Source: Somniosus microcephalus
Taxonomy: Eukaryota
DNA: 64,000 nt
Assembly (NCBI GenBank): GCA_052327205.1
Contig: CM126230.1
Coordinates: forward strand, 42,160,001-42,224,000
Direction of reading: 5' to 3'
Shown: positions 38,218 to 51,849 of the stretch, in pieces
Position numbering within the stretch: position 1 is the first letter of the stretch
Layout: the number at the start of each line of letters is the position of its first letter
Translations under genes and position numbers: made by a program
The notes under the pieces: model-generated
What the model saw: the letters and a program-made list of their open reading frames with translations, nothing else
Database searches by the model: none
Told to the model about the DNA's origin: nothing

Positions 38218-41200
38218 TGCAAATCAAAACACCAGGCGAATAAATCTCAAATCTAGTTTTATCTCCTGCCTAAACAGTCGGGCGTTCAGATTGCCTTAAA
38301 ACGCAATCGTGTGCTCTGTCGCTTCCCAAGCCAGTAAGCCTCTCCCAATCCCGGGACCCCACAAAGGGCATTGATTTATCTGCGAGTAAATCCCCAGCTC
38401 AGACACACTGACAAGGGCAGGTATGAGGACCCCCTGGTCGCCGCCTTCCCTTTAACTCTTGTTTGTTAAAGGCTTAGCTTTTGGGGGCAGTTATAAATGT
38501 GTACTGGCTGAACCTTCGCACCTCTCCTTATTGTGAGGCCAAGAACCTCAAGGCGGGTCCGCCGGTGATGCAAGCTGTAAACTGACACAGAATGGCTGTC
38601 AGAAACCCTAAGCATCCGCGGAGAGCCAAAGAGAGAAAACATACACCCACGTCAGACAAAAGGGCAGACAATTTAGAATAAGCACAGCACTCTTGGTTTT
38701 TTTTTTGAATTTGGGAGGGATTAACTGCAGATAGAAGAGACGAAACAAAATATGCCCAACCCCGATTAGATTTCAAGAACTATTTGTAAGTTCAGTTTTC
38801 AAAGGCACAGACAAATCTTATAACACTGCGCTTTAGATTTTCTGTGCAACCGACACCTGGTGTATCTCTCTTTTGATTTGTTGAATTACCTGAACACAAT
38901 GAAACTTATTGTGTCTCTCCAGTTTATATACCTTTATCGCAATATTATGGGATGCAATACTTTTGCAATTGCAAGGTTTGATCATATTTCTTCCATTACT
39001 CGTTGCTACTAATTCATGAAATCGACCTGAAATGAACAACTGGAAACTGCAGCTTTAAGTGAACGGACGGATAGAATATTAATTTATATAAAACGAGATT
39101 AAATTCATAAATAGCTCTCTTCACTGGAGCTCAAGGACTAGCGTCAAACGATAACAACGAGGTCACAGCGGTTTATATATGGATGAGTCAAATGTGTGAA
39201 ATGTTAGAGAATTAACATTAAAACCAAGAAAAAAACAGCCCTGAGGTGAAACCTGTGTTAAGAGTTTATTGTGGAAGTGGAGGGTGAAATGCTTTTCCAT
39301 TTTGAGCCTTTTTCTCTGCATCACAAGTTCCTGCAGTTCAAAGCAACTCATTGCATGTGAAGCACTACATAAATGTAAGCCGTTTACTTTTTAATTATAA
39401 ATCTTACGATCAACCACCCCACGTGTATTTAAATTCGATAAGTAATAATGTGGGCAAAAGTTACATTATACGTCAAGAGAACATTAGGAAAACATGCCCC
39501 TTCATTACAATAACACCTCGGATGCAGTCAGAAACTCATGTTCGCCTCGTTCACTGTCTTGAGTTTGGGGCGCTTTCGGTGTCGGCCATAGATTGAGAAA
39601 ATAGCTGGTGAAAAATAAGCTTTTGTCACCAGTCGGGAATGTCAACAAGCCGAGATAACTGGCCAAGTTTCGCAGAGATTTCACCCGCTGTCGGTCAGTT
39701 GAGCATTTTCTAGTTAAAATGTAAGCCGAGTTCGGCAAGTGGGTTTTATGGCATCAGAATTTCACGCCGTGTCAGCAAAAAGCTGCTAAATTTCCCGGTG
39801 CATATTAATTTAACAATAATTTATGATGTGTGAGTCCTCTTGGCGCCGCGTCAAACACTTACAGGTGAGAATGCGCATTTATTCTACCGTTTCCTTTAAA
39901 AAATATATAGATTTCAGTAACTCTTAACAGGACGCTACACTCCTCGGGCGGGTACCTATCAGTGTCTGCCCTCTGTGTTATTACAATACAATCATTTCAA
40001 ATATCACTTTGCCTTTATTCCCAATTCTAACATTAACGGACTGTTCCCTAGGGTGAAAATATTGAATCCACATCTTGAATTATCCGAGTATCGTCGATGG
40101 AAATTCAGTAAAAGTTTTTTTATTTAGCAGTGAAAGAGTTAATATTCATGGTGTATAGTCATAATATTTGATGTACGTGTGGCTAGGGGAAAACTTCTTA
40201 AATATTCCTAAATGCCAGTTTCCCCAGATAGGGACTATTTACAAAAGCAGTCACAATATCTTCCTGTTCAATATTTGCTACTGTCTCTCTGATTGTAAAT
40301 TCACTCCTGGGACGGCCCCTGGCATTTGTTCATAAACTGAAGCTTATTTTAACTCGATTTAAAGTATCCACATCACAATCTCCCCAGGTGATTGCACACT
40401 AGCTTTTAAATTGCGCGAGAAGCGTGACACGGAGGGTTAAAATGCGCACAACACTGATAACAGACTGAGTTGGATCTGCAACTGATCGATGAAAGAATCA
40501 ACTCCTTAAATTGTTTGGAAAATGGACACAATCTGGGCTCTGTGTTGTTGCTGACAGACTGTGCAGTTTCTGTATCCGCACCAGAGAGAGGGCATCCCTC
40601 TCTTTCGTGCTTAAAATAAAAACCTGATTTAATAATTAGGAGGTAAAAAAATCATCATACCACCTATGGCCGTTTAGGATAACATTTATAATCTGTGGGT
40701 AATAGACATTATTACAGAGAAGCTGAAGTATTAAAGGAAGGGTTAAAGGCTTATCGCTGTGTACTGTTGGTGTTATCCGCACAGGTTTATTTCAGGATGA
40801 GGCAGAGTCCGAGTAGCCAGCAGTCTTTAATCAGCTTTCATTACAAATATAAGCATTGAGTTTAAAAACGGGAAGTTTAAATGCCTCAGGGATGTTCATT
40901 GCAAAAACTGGTTTTATTGGAAAATAACTCCCCGCAGAGAGAATGCTTTACCGAGCTGGATTTCATAATCATAGTATACGCATGCATTTTAATCCCGTTA
41001 ATCCAACCGCATCGTAAAAGAGAGAAGGGATTAATATTTATTTTATTACGGTCTGAAAGCATCTATCTGAATTGTATTTGAAGAAGTGCCCCAACATTTG
41101 AGTCCAGGATCCACTCTCTCTCTTTTCGTGTTGTGTACAGATTTGTCAAAATGATTATAGGAAGACAGCTCGTTCATATTCAGTAGGGTTTAAAATTGAG

Positions 41201-44200
41201 AGGCACGCAGCCTATTAATTAAAGTGAAGATGGTGTTTCTCCTGCAGTGACTGGAGTCTTGCCTGGTGCCGGTACATTCAAAACAAATTAAGGTAAACAT
41301 TTATTTATTTATTTCCAGCCGCTGGGAGGTTTAATTTATTTGTTGCAGTTTTTTTTCAGACATAGCATTTTGTTCACACCATGCTTTCTTTTTAAAACAA
41401 AGCGAGCAATTCGCTTTACAATTACTCGTGCGCTTTCTGCCCCAATATATTCAATGTTATTCTTTGCCAACGGCAACCGAATAAAGGAAATAAAAACGCC
41501 ATCGCTAAACAATAAATATGGCGAGATACAAGTGCATTTAAAGAGGCTATTTAGGATCAAATTGTCCAGAACTCAAGAGGTGGCTTGTAAACAATTGTTG
41601 GGTTAAAAGTGTTTATTGACAAGCCTGAGGGTATGATACACCAAGATATTACATATATATTTACTCGGGGTATTCCAAAGTCTCCTTCCTTGTACCCAAC
41701 CATAATATCAAACAATGTCATCACAGTGCCCGAGTCATTTGCAAGCACACAAAAAAATCTTCAACAGAATTCCACCCCAAAAATCACCAATGTATTTTTT
41801 TTGTACCGTGCTTAGACTGATCTGCAAATATCGGAATCAGGTCAATATTTAAATCGCAGTCACGAATATAAACAATCAGCTTTGAGCTAGACTTCAGTAC
41901 AAGTCACAAGGGCCGATTACTGACTGAAATATAATGTTGATTTCAAGTGGAAAACGCGACAATCCCTCTCTGCTTGTAGTTTTTCCCCTCTGTCGATTAT
42001 TTTTTTTACTACAACAGCCTTTCTCGCTTCCTTTCCGTCTCCCTTTTCTTTTTTTTGCGCCCAGGCCTCCACCAAATAAAGATGTGACTGATCTGTCAGT
42101 GAAAGATCAGCTTTTGTAAAGTAAATATTTTGATGGTTTTTTAAACAGAGAGCCCCATTGCGTGCCAGATCGCGGCGCCGCCAATCCCTTTTTAATCAAC
42201 TGGCTTCAATTCAATTAAAAATCCCACTTCTAAAGCCGGCAACTGCAGGATCTGCCCCTGTCTCCTCACCTCACGTCCCGGCGCTGGGAAGAAAATGTCC
42301 AAAAATGTGGTGGTCTCTGGGTTTTAGAACCGGAAGTGCCCTGCTCTGATTAGATCTTTGTTGAAATGTATGCTTTATCTTGCTCACGAATTCTACTAAG
42401 CCTCATTAAAACTCGGGAGACCATTTCCAAAGAAAACGACGCCTAATTCGACCCTGCAAGCAGTCTACAGTATATACACTGATAATATAAAAGAGAATTT
42501 TATTTTTTTTAAATGGTGCAAACTTTGACCCTTATTTAGTGGGACACCAGCTGGTAGTGTTTGAAATGTGTTACAAGTTTGAAGGTTTTGGGTGGCGGGT
42601 CAGCCTTTATTTCACAGCCACATCTCTCCAAAAATGAACATGTCTCTTTATTTCGGGGCAGAGAAGAAAACATATTTTCCTGCGCTGTTTCTTAAGTTTG
42701 TGTTGAAATCAGCAGCAGGGGAGACCTGATAAATGACTGGATGCCCTCGACTGTCTTGAATCGGAATGTGGTTTGTATTTTGGTTAGAGGTTGAAATTAT
42801 TTCAAAATATTTTAGGACTTCCATGCAAATACGGATGTTCTTTCTGGAAATGTTTACACTTTGACATTGTTCTTCCTTTTAATTAGCACTGCCCATGCAA
42901 TTAATTAAAATCTCCACTGTACAGATATGTTCATTAAGGTTCCTGAGATGGAACAAAATCGCTGTGAATCGTCGGCATTAACGCTGTTTAGAACGAAAAT
43001 ATTATTTCAGCTAAACTATCTGCATGTGAGCAGAATAAGGTTGGATATGCGGTAGGCGGGAGCGGTTTTACCCCACAGAGATCCGTAAACAGACTTATAA
43101 TAATGTGTGGTGCACGATACAGCCACAATTAATTTGATGGTCCTGGGAATTCTTACGGGGAATTCGTATGGCTTACGCCGAGATTTATTCCACTTTGTAT
43201 ATGATGTCTTTATTCCAAATCCAGTCCTGGTGGACAATTGTTTATTTTATTTGCCAGTTTGCAATACAACTAGATCAGATTCCTACTTGCAACCTGAACT
43301 ATTAAAGATTTAATGGATTTTGTTATATGAAACCAGTGGTGTGTGCGCCGCAATTTATACTTCCTAACTTAATCCAACATATTTACAAATGGCTTTATTA
43401 CAGTGTGAAGTTAATTGATATTTTATATATGTAATGGTAATCGCCGGTGCAATTTAGATTTTTGTAAATGATTCACAGGTTATTAAATGTCCCTACTTAT
43501 ATCACCAGTGTACATCATATAATACAGTAGGGATGTTTAGCATCCATATTTGTGATTATGTTATCACAAGAATATATACTATTTTATCAACTGACTTTTT
43601 AACATTTCAACAAACACACTTTTATCTTCCTGCAACCTGTAGCAAACCCAAAACAACCCACTTCCACGACAGAAAGGCCAAACTGTTTGCAGGGATGCCC
43701 CCCCTCCCCATTCAGACAGAACATGCCCACTCGAGAGGGACCAGGCGAGACATTGACAGCACCTTGAATCAAACTACTGTCACTGAAGGAATACAGCAAG
43801 GAATCGACAATGTGTATCTACAGCAGTGCTTCCGATATCCTGCTTTATCATTCCCCAATAAATAGGATTCACCAACTGCTGAACAGGTTTAAAGCCCCGT
43901 TTCAGTGCAGGTGCCCCGGCAGTAAGGGCAACAATCGCCATGTCCTTGTGCCATAGCGCGGAAATAATTAAACACGTGTTTTGTCCCTTTTCTTAATCTA
44001 GAGTTACAAGTGTGACCGCGGGCTGAGGCTGACCCAGACAGATGTTGTGACGACGCGCAATGAAACCCAGTCATGTCCCAGTGTTAAATGAATATGGTGA
44101 TAAGGCGCCGGGTCATTCTGCCATCTCACCCAGCAGACTGCCTCCTCTCTCTTCACTTCAATCTGTCTTTCTTTCTTTCATATTGTTGTAATCCGATCGA

Positions 44201-44377
44201 CTGGAGTGGATGCTCACTTGCAGCATTTTGAGAACTCCGTGCAGATTATCGACACCTATTTTTTTTTTACTTTGCAAACATGAGCAGGGGCAGTGAAAGA
44301 AATTACAGGTACAGTCGACACTATTGAGACAATAAACCTGCGTTTGCCGTTTCCCTGAGGCCCTTGTATTAAACTCA

Positions 44378-44397
44378 GCGGCCACTAGAGGTCGCCA
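44378..44397 (+). promoter_or_regulatory. Candidate CTCF site in pitx3 intron
   Basis: GCGGCCACTAGAGGTCGCCA, one mismatch from the CCACTAGAGGGCGC core. Confidence 0.5.
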
Positions 44398-44632
44398 GCT
44401 TTAAGAGTGATTCATTTTCAATCATTGATTCTTGGGCCCATTTTCTTCCCAATTGTCATCCTCCTTGCTTTTGTTCTTTGTCCCTTTTTAGGGGAAACGA
44501 GTCAGCTTTCAGCCTCTTTACAGTCTACCTCCCTATTTAATTGCTTGCTCTCCTTGCTGCCCCCCCCCCGCCCCCCGCCTCTGATGAGCTTGCAGTCATT
44601 CACAAGTGCAGTCAGAAATGCAACCAACTCAC

Positions 44633-44759
44633 CGCTGCTGTCCTGCTGTGTCTTACAGATGGGTTCCCTCTGTGGGGTCCCGGAGTCTGAGAGGGTCAGC
44701 GGGCTGTGATCAGGAGCGTCCGAGTCGGTCAGAACCCCGCTCGACAGGTTGTATTCCAT
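44633..44759 (-). CDS. pitx3: pitx3 first canonical coding exon (MEYNLSSGVLTDSDAPDHSPLTLSDSGTPQREPICKTQQDSS, phase-1 donor)
   Basis: Translation resembles the Pitx3 N-terminus (SP.L.LSD.GTP motif). GTGAGT donor at 44632-44627. Polypyrimidine tract plus CAG acceptors at 44775-44774 and 44770-44769. Confidence 0.92.
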
Positions 44760-46167
44760 CCGATGGGCCTGTGCTGCCGGAAAAAAAAACAATTCACATC
44801 CAAGTCAATACACATCAGCAAACCCAGTCTGAACAAAGACTTCTCCTTCAGCAATTCTCTCTGAGCGGGCACCTTGCTTTTGCAGGGACAGTTACCAGTC
44901 TTGATTTCCCAGGATGTGACTATGCTGTGAATATCTTCACCTGAGAATTAAACCTATTCCAAAAACTGTAACTCAGGATTACCAGTTACCAACACACGTT
45001 CTGAAGCTAGCTTCCAGCTCTGGTTGGCGATTACATCTGAAGCTTGGAAAAAAGGACGGTCACAACAATACTGATGAGGATATTCCTATTAATAGCTAAC
45101 TAAATCCCAACTGCGTTTTGTAAAATTCCTTCTCACTGTTTCATTCTTCTTTATCTTTAGAATTACGGTAATTCACAGCGGAAGCACTGACAGGGAGAAG
45201 ACAAGTTCAAATGGGACAAGACAAGTTCACACAAGTCGCGAAGGCGGCCATTCATCCATTTCCCTCCTCCTCAATATCAACCGATTTTAACATTTTTTAA
45301 AACACCACACATGGTAAAATGTACATTATGGTATTTTGTAGGAATATGGTATTCTTCATTCCATGAAGTTAATATTATAATCTATCCATCCTAGTGACCC
45401 GTGTCTTGCCTTTGATCCCAAATATCAGGCGACAGCGCACACATTTTCTGAAATAGGGTCAGTTACAATGAGTGCATCACTGGACCATGCACTGGACCAT
45501 GCACTGGACCCCACACTCTTGGCAAGAAAACCATTGAACTCCAATCTGAGCAAATTCCCAGCTTTTGCTTATTGTAACGGTGGCGTTTATTTCAAGCACA
45601 TTAATCGATATGTAAGTTTGTAATTAAACGCTGCACTCGAGCTGAGAAGTGGTAGCTGTATAATTACTGTAAGTACCTTTCTCTGCTTTACTGACTGTCC
45701 AAAAAATGCAGTCTTGTTTCTTTTGTTGTGGTGAAACTTGTTTCCAAGAGCACGCGCCTATAGTTTGCTTACACAACAATAGTCACTGTGCTCCATAAAG
45801 GCATTTATTGTCTGTAAAGCGCGTTGTGGTGTTGCGGAGAGAAGTAATAAAGTGCGGTATAAATATAATCTTCTTTTGACCAAAGATTCAGACAGCAACG
45901 TCCATCAGGAGACCATCTCCAGCCAGTCTAAGAATTGAGATGTCGCATATGACAGCCTTTGTCACAATACAATTCTGTTCATTGAACTTTTAGTTTAGTT
46001 TGGTGCATTACAGTTGGTTCAAAACACGTGACGATACAATGGCAATTTAACCAAATGGGAGCTTTGTGCTGTTCCATGCTATTTTTATCCCAAAGACAAG
46101 TGCTTTCAATTATTTTCTTAGGATCGAAATTATGCTTTATCTAAATTCTGGCCCATTGAACGATATA

Positions 46168-46270
46168 AAAAGACTTGCATTTCTATAGCGCCTTTCACAA
46201 CCTCAGGACGTCCCAAAGCGCTTCACAGCCAATGAAGTATTTTTGAAATGTGGTCACTGTTGCAATGTAG
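46168..46270 (-). mobile_element. SacSINE1/Deu-type SINE 3' fragment
   Basis: AAGACTTGCATTTCTATAGCGCCTTTCACAACCTCAGGACGTCCCAAAGCG. Confidence 0.75.
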
Positions 46271-48526
46271 GGGGATATACAGGATTCATGGGATTGCTGC
46301 CTTGTACCTATCTTTGGTGACGTGGCTATTCTGCTAGGGCGTTTCCTGGGATAGTTATTTTGATTTTTTTCCCTTGTTAAACCTTTAGCTATTTATCACG
46401 CGAGTTTGTCTGTGATTTGGAAATTCGTGCAATGATGTATTCGCACTTCGTGTCAAAACTTTAATGTCATTTGAAATAAATCCAATCAAAAGACCATTGT
46501 ACCGAAAGTCTAGGCCACCATATTTGATAGGGTCTTGGCTTCGGGTGAAACAATGAGGTGGAGGGTTCCGAACATGTGTTGTCCATAACCTAGGCTTAGG
46601 ACATGTTTAAAATGTCACTTGCAAAATAAAAGCACGCACGTTAAATAGTATATCCTGCAATTCATGAAGTCAGATACCTCCATCTGTGACCAGAGACATA
46701 ACTATGGTTTTACACAATCTGATAACACCTTCCACCGGGGGAGAGAGAGAGAAAAAAACATAAACGCGCCGTGAATTAATTTCTTGGATTAAGATTTGAT
46801 TAAGATGTGTGTCAATTTGCCGTCCCATAACTTATTAAGATGCGGCGGCTCCCGGGCTGTCCCGATATATACATATATACAGATATAGATATAGAGGGAG
46901 CAGATGGAATTTTGACGGAATGTTTGTAGATGATAATTTCAGCGTTTCTGCCCCCATTTGCATCTGATTGCATCTGTCAGGCGCCTTTCCGATCTCCAGG
47001 GCTGCCTGTCTCGGGGTGGGAGGTGGGGGGGGGGGGGGGGTCATGTAGATCAGAAACAGCTTCATTTAATTCCAAGTCACATTTATTATCCAATCTGTTT
47101 GGACGCATTAATATTCAATATTGAGCCGAGACGGAGCTTATTCGTCTTCCGAGCCGTAGCGGAGTTAATTCAAAGCACTACAAAAAAAATAATAAACCCA
47201 GCGCCTGTCGCCCTGCCGTGTGTTGGACAATAGTGGGCTCTTTTCAGGGTCCAAACGGGAACTCGAACAGGCAACAATTTTAGGAGTTATGCTGCTACAG
47301 GAAGAACACTTTGGGTGGTTAAAGTCAATTTATTAACTGATTAATCGGTTAGTCGATACGTCTCCTATCAATAAAACACAAGGAGATAAGGATGTGTGAT
47401 GGACATTATGTGTGACCTTCCCGGTGCATGGTTCGCCCTGTTCTTATTTTCTAAATGGCGTTATATTTTCTTCCGGTGAAGTGTCCCAGAGAGGGTTTAC
47501 TGAGCAGAGACTGGGATTTAGTCGCACTGTACAGCGTGTGCTAGATGCACACACACACAAACACACATCAGTAACAAGCTTGAGTTGCCAATGCGAGCAA
47601 TATCTGCGCTTTATTCGGATTTAAGGAAATTCCGAGCCCAAGATGATTGCGTTCGGAATGTTATCAGTAAATCTAATTTATCTTCACTTGGTGCAATTGC
47701 TATCTGCGGCCAGACACCTTCAGAAGGGACCCTGTCATTGTGATCTGAATATAAGGCCTTTGAAAAGGAAAGGGCGCCCATGTCTATTTCATAATTAAAA
47801 TCAAGATCAGAACTTGGCAGAAACCCCTCTCTAATTTTTCTTATTAGTTTAACAGCTCGGGTCTTGTAGTGTTCAGTGCCATTTTCGTAGCATTTACAGA
47901 ACTAATAACAGAGGAGGTCAATCGGCCTGTCTTGCCTGTGCCGATTCTCTTTTTAAATGTATCCATTTCCAAAAGTTTATTCCGTGTAGGGAAAAGAATA
48001 AATAAAAATCGACTGCAGCCTGTTTTGAGGGAGAACTGTTAAAACCCTCGTCCGTTTAATGTTCAATCTTTTGGTTTAAAATACTCAAAGACTAACTACT
48101 CGTGACATTTATTCGTCTTCAAAATAAGAGACAGTTCGTGTGAAATTACTCTCAGAAAGAATGCACACGCTGCCCTTGTATTCCTTTCGGATGGTCTCTA
48201 TAATCAGTCCGAACGCTGCATTTCGTTTAGTGTCAGTAGCACAACCGCGCCGGGTGAACACACAAGGTGGCGAATTTGTTAGAATTTTGGAAACATGCGC
48301 CTTATGTTGTTCAGTCGTGTTCGTTTGTGCGGACTTATACCTCGAGCTGCAAATGTTAGTCTTAACGGCTCTTTCTGGAAAAATAAAGCGACGCCCGCCG
48401 TAGATTGTGTTACTGACTCTGAGCTCCTTTCCCTGTGAGCATATCTAAATTTGCCAGTCGCCTCAATCTGTTTCGAATCTGATACCGTGCGTATGCAGAG
48501 CAAGCAAACCACGCCGAGACACTTAC

Positions 48527-48623
48527 CACTCATGCTTGTAAAAAGCAGCGCCACTATTATCCGAAACACGGGTGATATTTTCTCGTACAACTCGCAGTTA
48601 GCGAGCGCGCACGTTGATTCCAC
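48527..48623 (-). other. Candidate upstream pitx3 exon (3' part), open in frame with the canonical CDS
   Basis: GTAAGT donor at 48526-48521. ATG AGT G| (A at -3) joins the 44773 acceptor in frame to give MSAQAHR-MEYNL. 5' boundary unknown. Confidence 0.35.
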
Positions 48624-51600
48624 TGTTTATTTAAAATCCAGATTGATAGAGGCGTTTACCCCCCAACCCCCCCTTCTTACTGAACTCCAAACGCCCCGTG
48701 TTGTCTCTGGTACTTTCTCCAACTTGAGTGTTGTCCCTTGCAGTAACTGTGCTGAAAGTTTGCGGGTCTTATACCGAGTCTCCCGTGGCTAGGACGCACC
48801 TGCTGGCCATCAATATCCCATCCGAACCCGCTCGGCACAATCGTGAAAGATTCCTTTTGTTCACTGCCCAGCCACACACGGGACAGCAGAATATATTATA
48901 TTTATATATATATGTATCTGTATTGTTTGAGGAAGCAGTTATTCTGTCCCGGGCCTACTTGGATTGGATCTGAAAGTAAGTGTCAGAATCCAAACCGATT
49001 TCAAATGATTCGCCCTTACCCTGGTGCGTTGAATAACGCCCAGAGCACTCGGTAATAAACCCGAACAACTGCTGCATTCTTTAGAGACAAGCCCATTAAT
49101 TGTTTTGAGCAAGACAAAAAATATATATTTTACCACTTCTGAAAAAGGCTATTTTTAAAACCATTTTAGGCTGGATTGGTATTTTTCAATCTCTTTACAT
49201 TTAAATAATAGTTTAAAAGTAGGCTAAGGTCTTTTCAATGTCTTTTCCTTCGGCCCGGATTTTTAAAAAAAATTTCAGCCAGCTAATATCAGCATAGTAA
49301 TAATCTGAACATCATTCAAATCCTTGTCAAATCGTGGGTCTGTCGGCTCTTGCTGCGTTAGATGGAAGAATGTATTGTTGGATTTGCAGCTGCCCGCTCA
49401 GCGAAAGGGTGACATAATTTCAAGAGAATGTTACTTTTGCACAAACAAATCGGTCCTATTCCTGCCCACTAAAAAATGAAGCCTTACTTGCGACTTCACA
49501 TAAATGGTTGGGTTTTACTATCACAAATATATTGCAATCTTTAACTCACATCGCCTTTTTGACATGTATTTATGATGTTTGCTCATTCATTTGGATCATC
49601 TCTCATTTATAACCAAACATCATTGGGACTCTGCTTTTTGCTGATAGATTGTTTTATTTCAGTCAGATTCTGGGTCTTCCAACAGCTGCCAAGTTACTTC
49701 CCCGCCGCCTTCACTGCCCTCTTCCTTTCAAAGGTAGCTGAAAGTGACAATTGCCGTTTCAAACCTGTTTCTGGTTATGTCGTCAAATAATTGTACGGAG
49801 TTCGTAAAATCGTTTCCTTCCTGCTGTCACCGTATTTTTTTTTTAAAAAAGGTATTGGACTTGACACGCGGAACCGATCGGCCCAGCCATGACTGTATTC
49901 GCTGGTAAAAGCTAGGAATTTAGCATTGCTCGAATAAAAGTGAAGCAATCCGTTTGGAAATATTTTCAATTTTTACACACTTGCCAAGATTCGCCTGCAC
50001 TCTAAATGGAGAAGCCGCTGTAAACCCTGGTTCATTAATCATTCTCAAAATATCCCCCTGTTAGCACGCCTTCGATAGCGAGCCCTGGACATAATGGAAT
50101 AGGTCATTGAGGCTTGAAAGGGAGTAAATCACAGACAATCTCGCGCTGTTGGATCACTGCTAATAGGGTCAGACTTCAAAAAAGTTCGGAAACAACCCCC
50201 CAAAACATTCAAACATTCTCAAACGATGCATTAGGTCCAAGGCGTCGCCTAAAATACATTTAATGCACAGTACAGCTGAACTACATATCATAGATTCAAT
50301 TTCTGGGGGATTTCCTGTTTAAAGGAACAACGCATTCAATTATATATATTATATATATACATATACACGTATATTAGTTGTTGAGGATATACAACACCCG
50401 ACATGACATCCCCGACGGCAAAAGGCATGCGGCAACTCAAAAAGACCCCCACAGAATCTCAAACATTTATCAATGGGAACAAGTCGATACCGACAATCAC
50501 TTACAGCAAATCCCTCTTTAAATGAATAAATCCGGGGATAGGATAAGTTTACCGAAGATTAGTGGTTCCTGTAGCTGTCAGAATTAAGAGTTCCTTCGAA
50601 AACACGCGGCCAGGTCCTTGCACGGAGAGTCTCGGTGAAAGCCAAGCTGTGCGATCCCATTTGCTGGACAGATTGATTTTATGCCAATATCATCGGCTGC
50701 TACGAAACGACGCGACCACTGTGTGTGAGCAGAGAGGTCCAGCCCACTCGAGTACACGGCAAGTCCCAGCCCCTCGGATTCATTCAGAAGGGGTTAGGGA
50801 GACTGGATTGGATCTCTCCACACGCACGAATCCATTAAAGGCTGACAATTAACAAATTCACAGCAGGAAAAAAAAATGGCAATTTCTCTGGATTTCAGCA
50901 TCTACCTTTTCCGGATTATGAAGCGTTTGATGGGCATCTGTTCATTCATTTACCTGTCGGAAATTCACGTGTCATTACAGGGGGTGATTTTTCGTAAGCT
51001 GACTATTTAAGATCTAAATTTGATATTGTCAATTTCCTAAATTCAGGCGCAGGTGACGCACGAGGTGTCTACCTCAGCTGAAACAGGTCCCCAGGGAGGT
51101 CCACGTTAAATATTACATGCTGCACATTCCCAATAAAGGGACGAGACACTGGGGCAAAGTCTGCCGTTTTAAGGAAATATTATTTTAAAACGCTCTTTGC
51201 TTACTTGGTTTAAATTCATTGGAATCAAGTCAGATTTTGACCCTGAAACAAAATCTGTGAAGTCACAACACTCACAATGTTCCCCCCAGATTTATTCGAA
51301 TTCCTATCCCGACATTTTCAAGTCGGAAATTGTCCTGGGAATAGTCTGCGCTGCCACGGAAGGTCTTGTCATAATAAATGCATGGCTGGAGACACACGTC
51401 TGTCGTTATGAGTGTCACACCCTATTGCACATGGCAGGATTTGTTGTTTTGTGAGCGAGCTGAGCACTGCTTGCAATTCTCAGATCGTGCAACTTTCTTC
51501 ATTTGACCATTATGCGTTTTACTGCTTCACTCATTGCTTGAACATCCACCAGCGCACAACAATAAAATGGCATGAGCAACCTTTCACGGGGCGGGCGCCA

Positions 51601-51849
51601 CGTCATTTCTTTCAGTGCCAACAGACATTGCACAGAGTTCAGGGTTCACTGCAGAGTTCACAGCCAGGGCACAGGATCAAAAATAAACAACGCATGCTGA
51701 TGGATTTTATCGCAAAGGAAGAGGTGTGTTGCTGCAGGGTGCAGAGGCTGTGTGTGTGTGTGTGTGTAAGGGCCAGGCTGGGGTTGCAGTGAGTTGGGAG
51801 GGAGCCAGTGTCCCAGGACCAGGGCTTGTCCCAGCATTGAGCATCCTGG

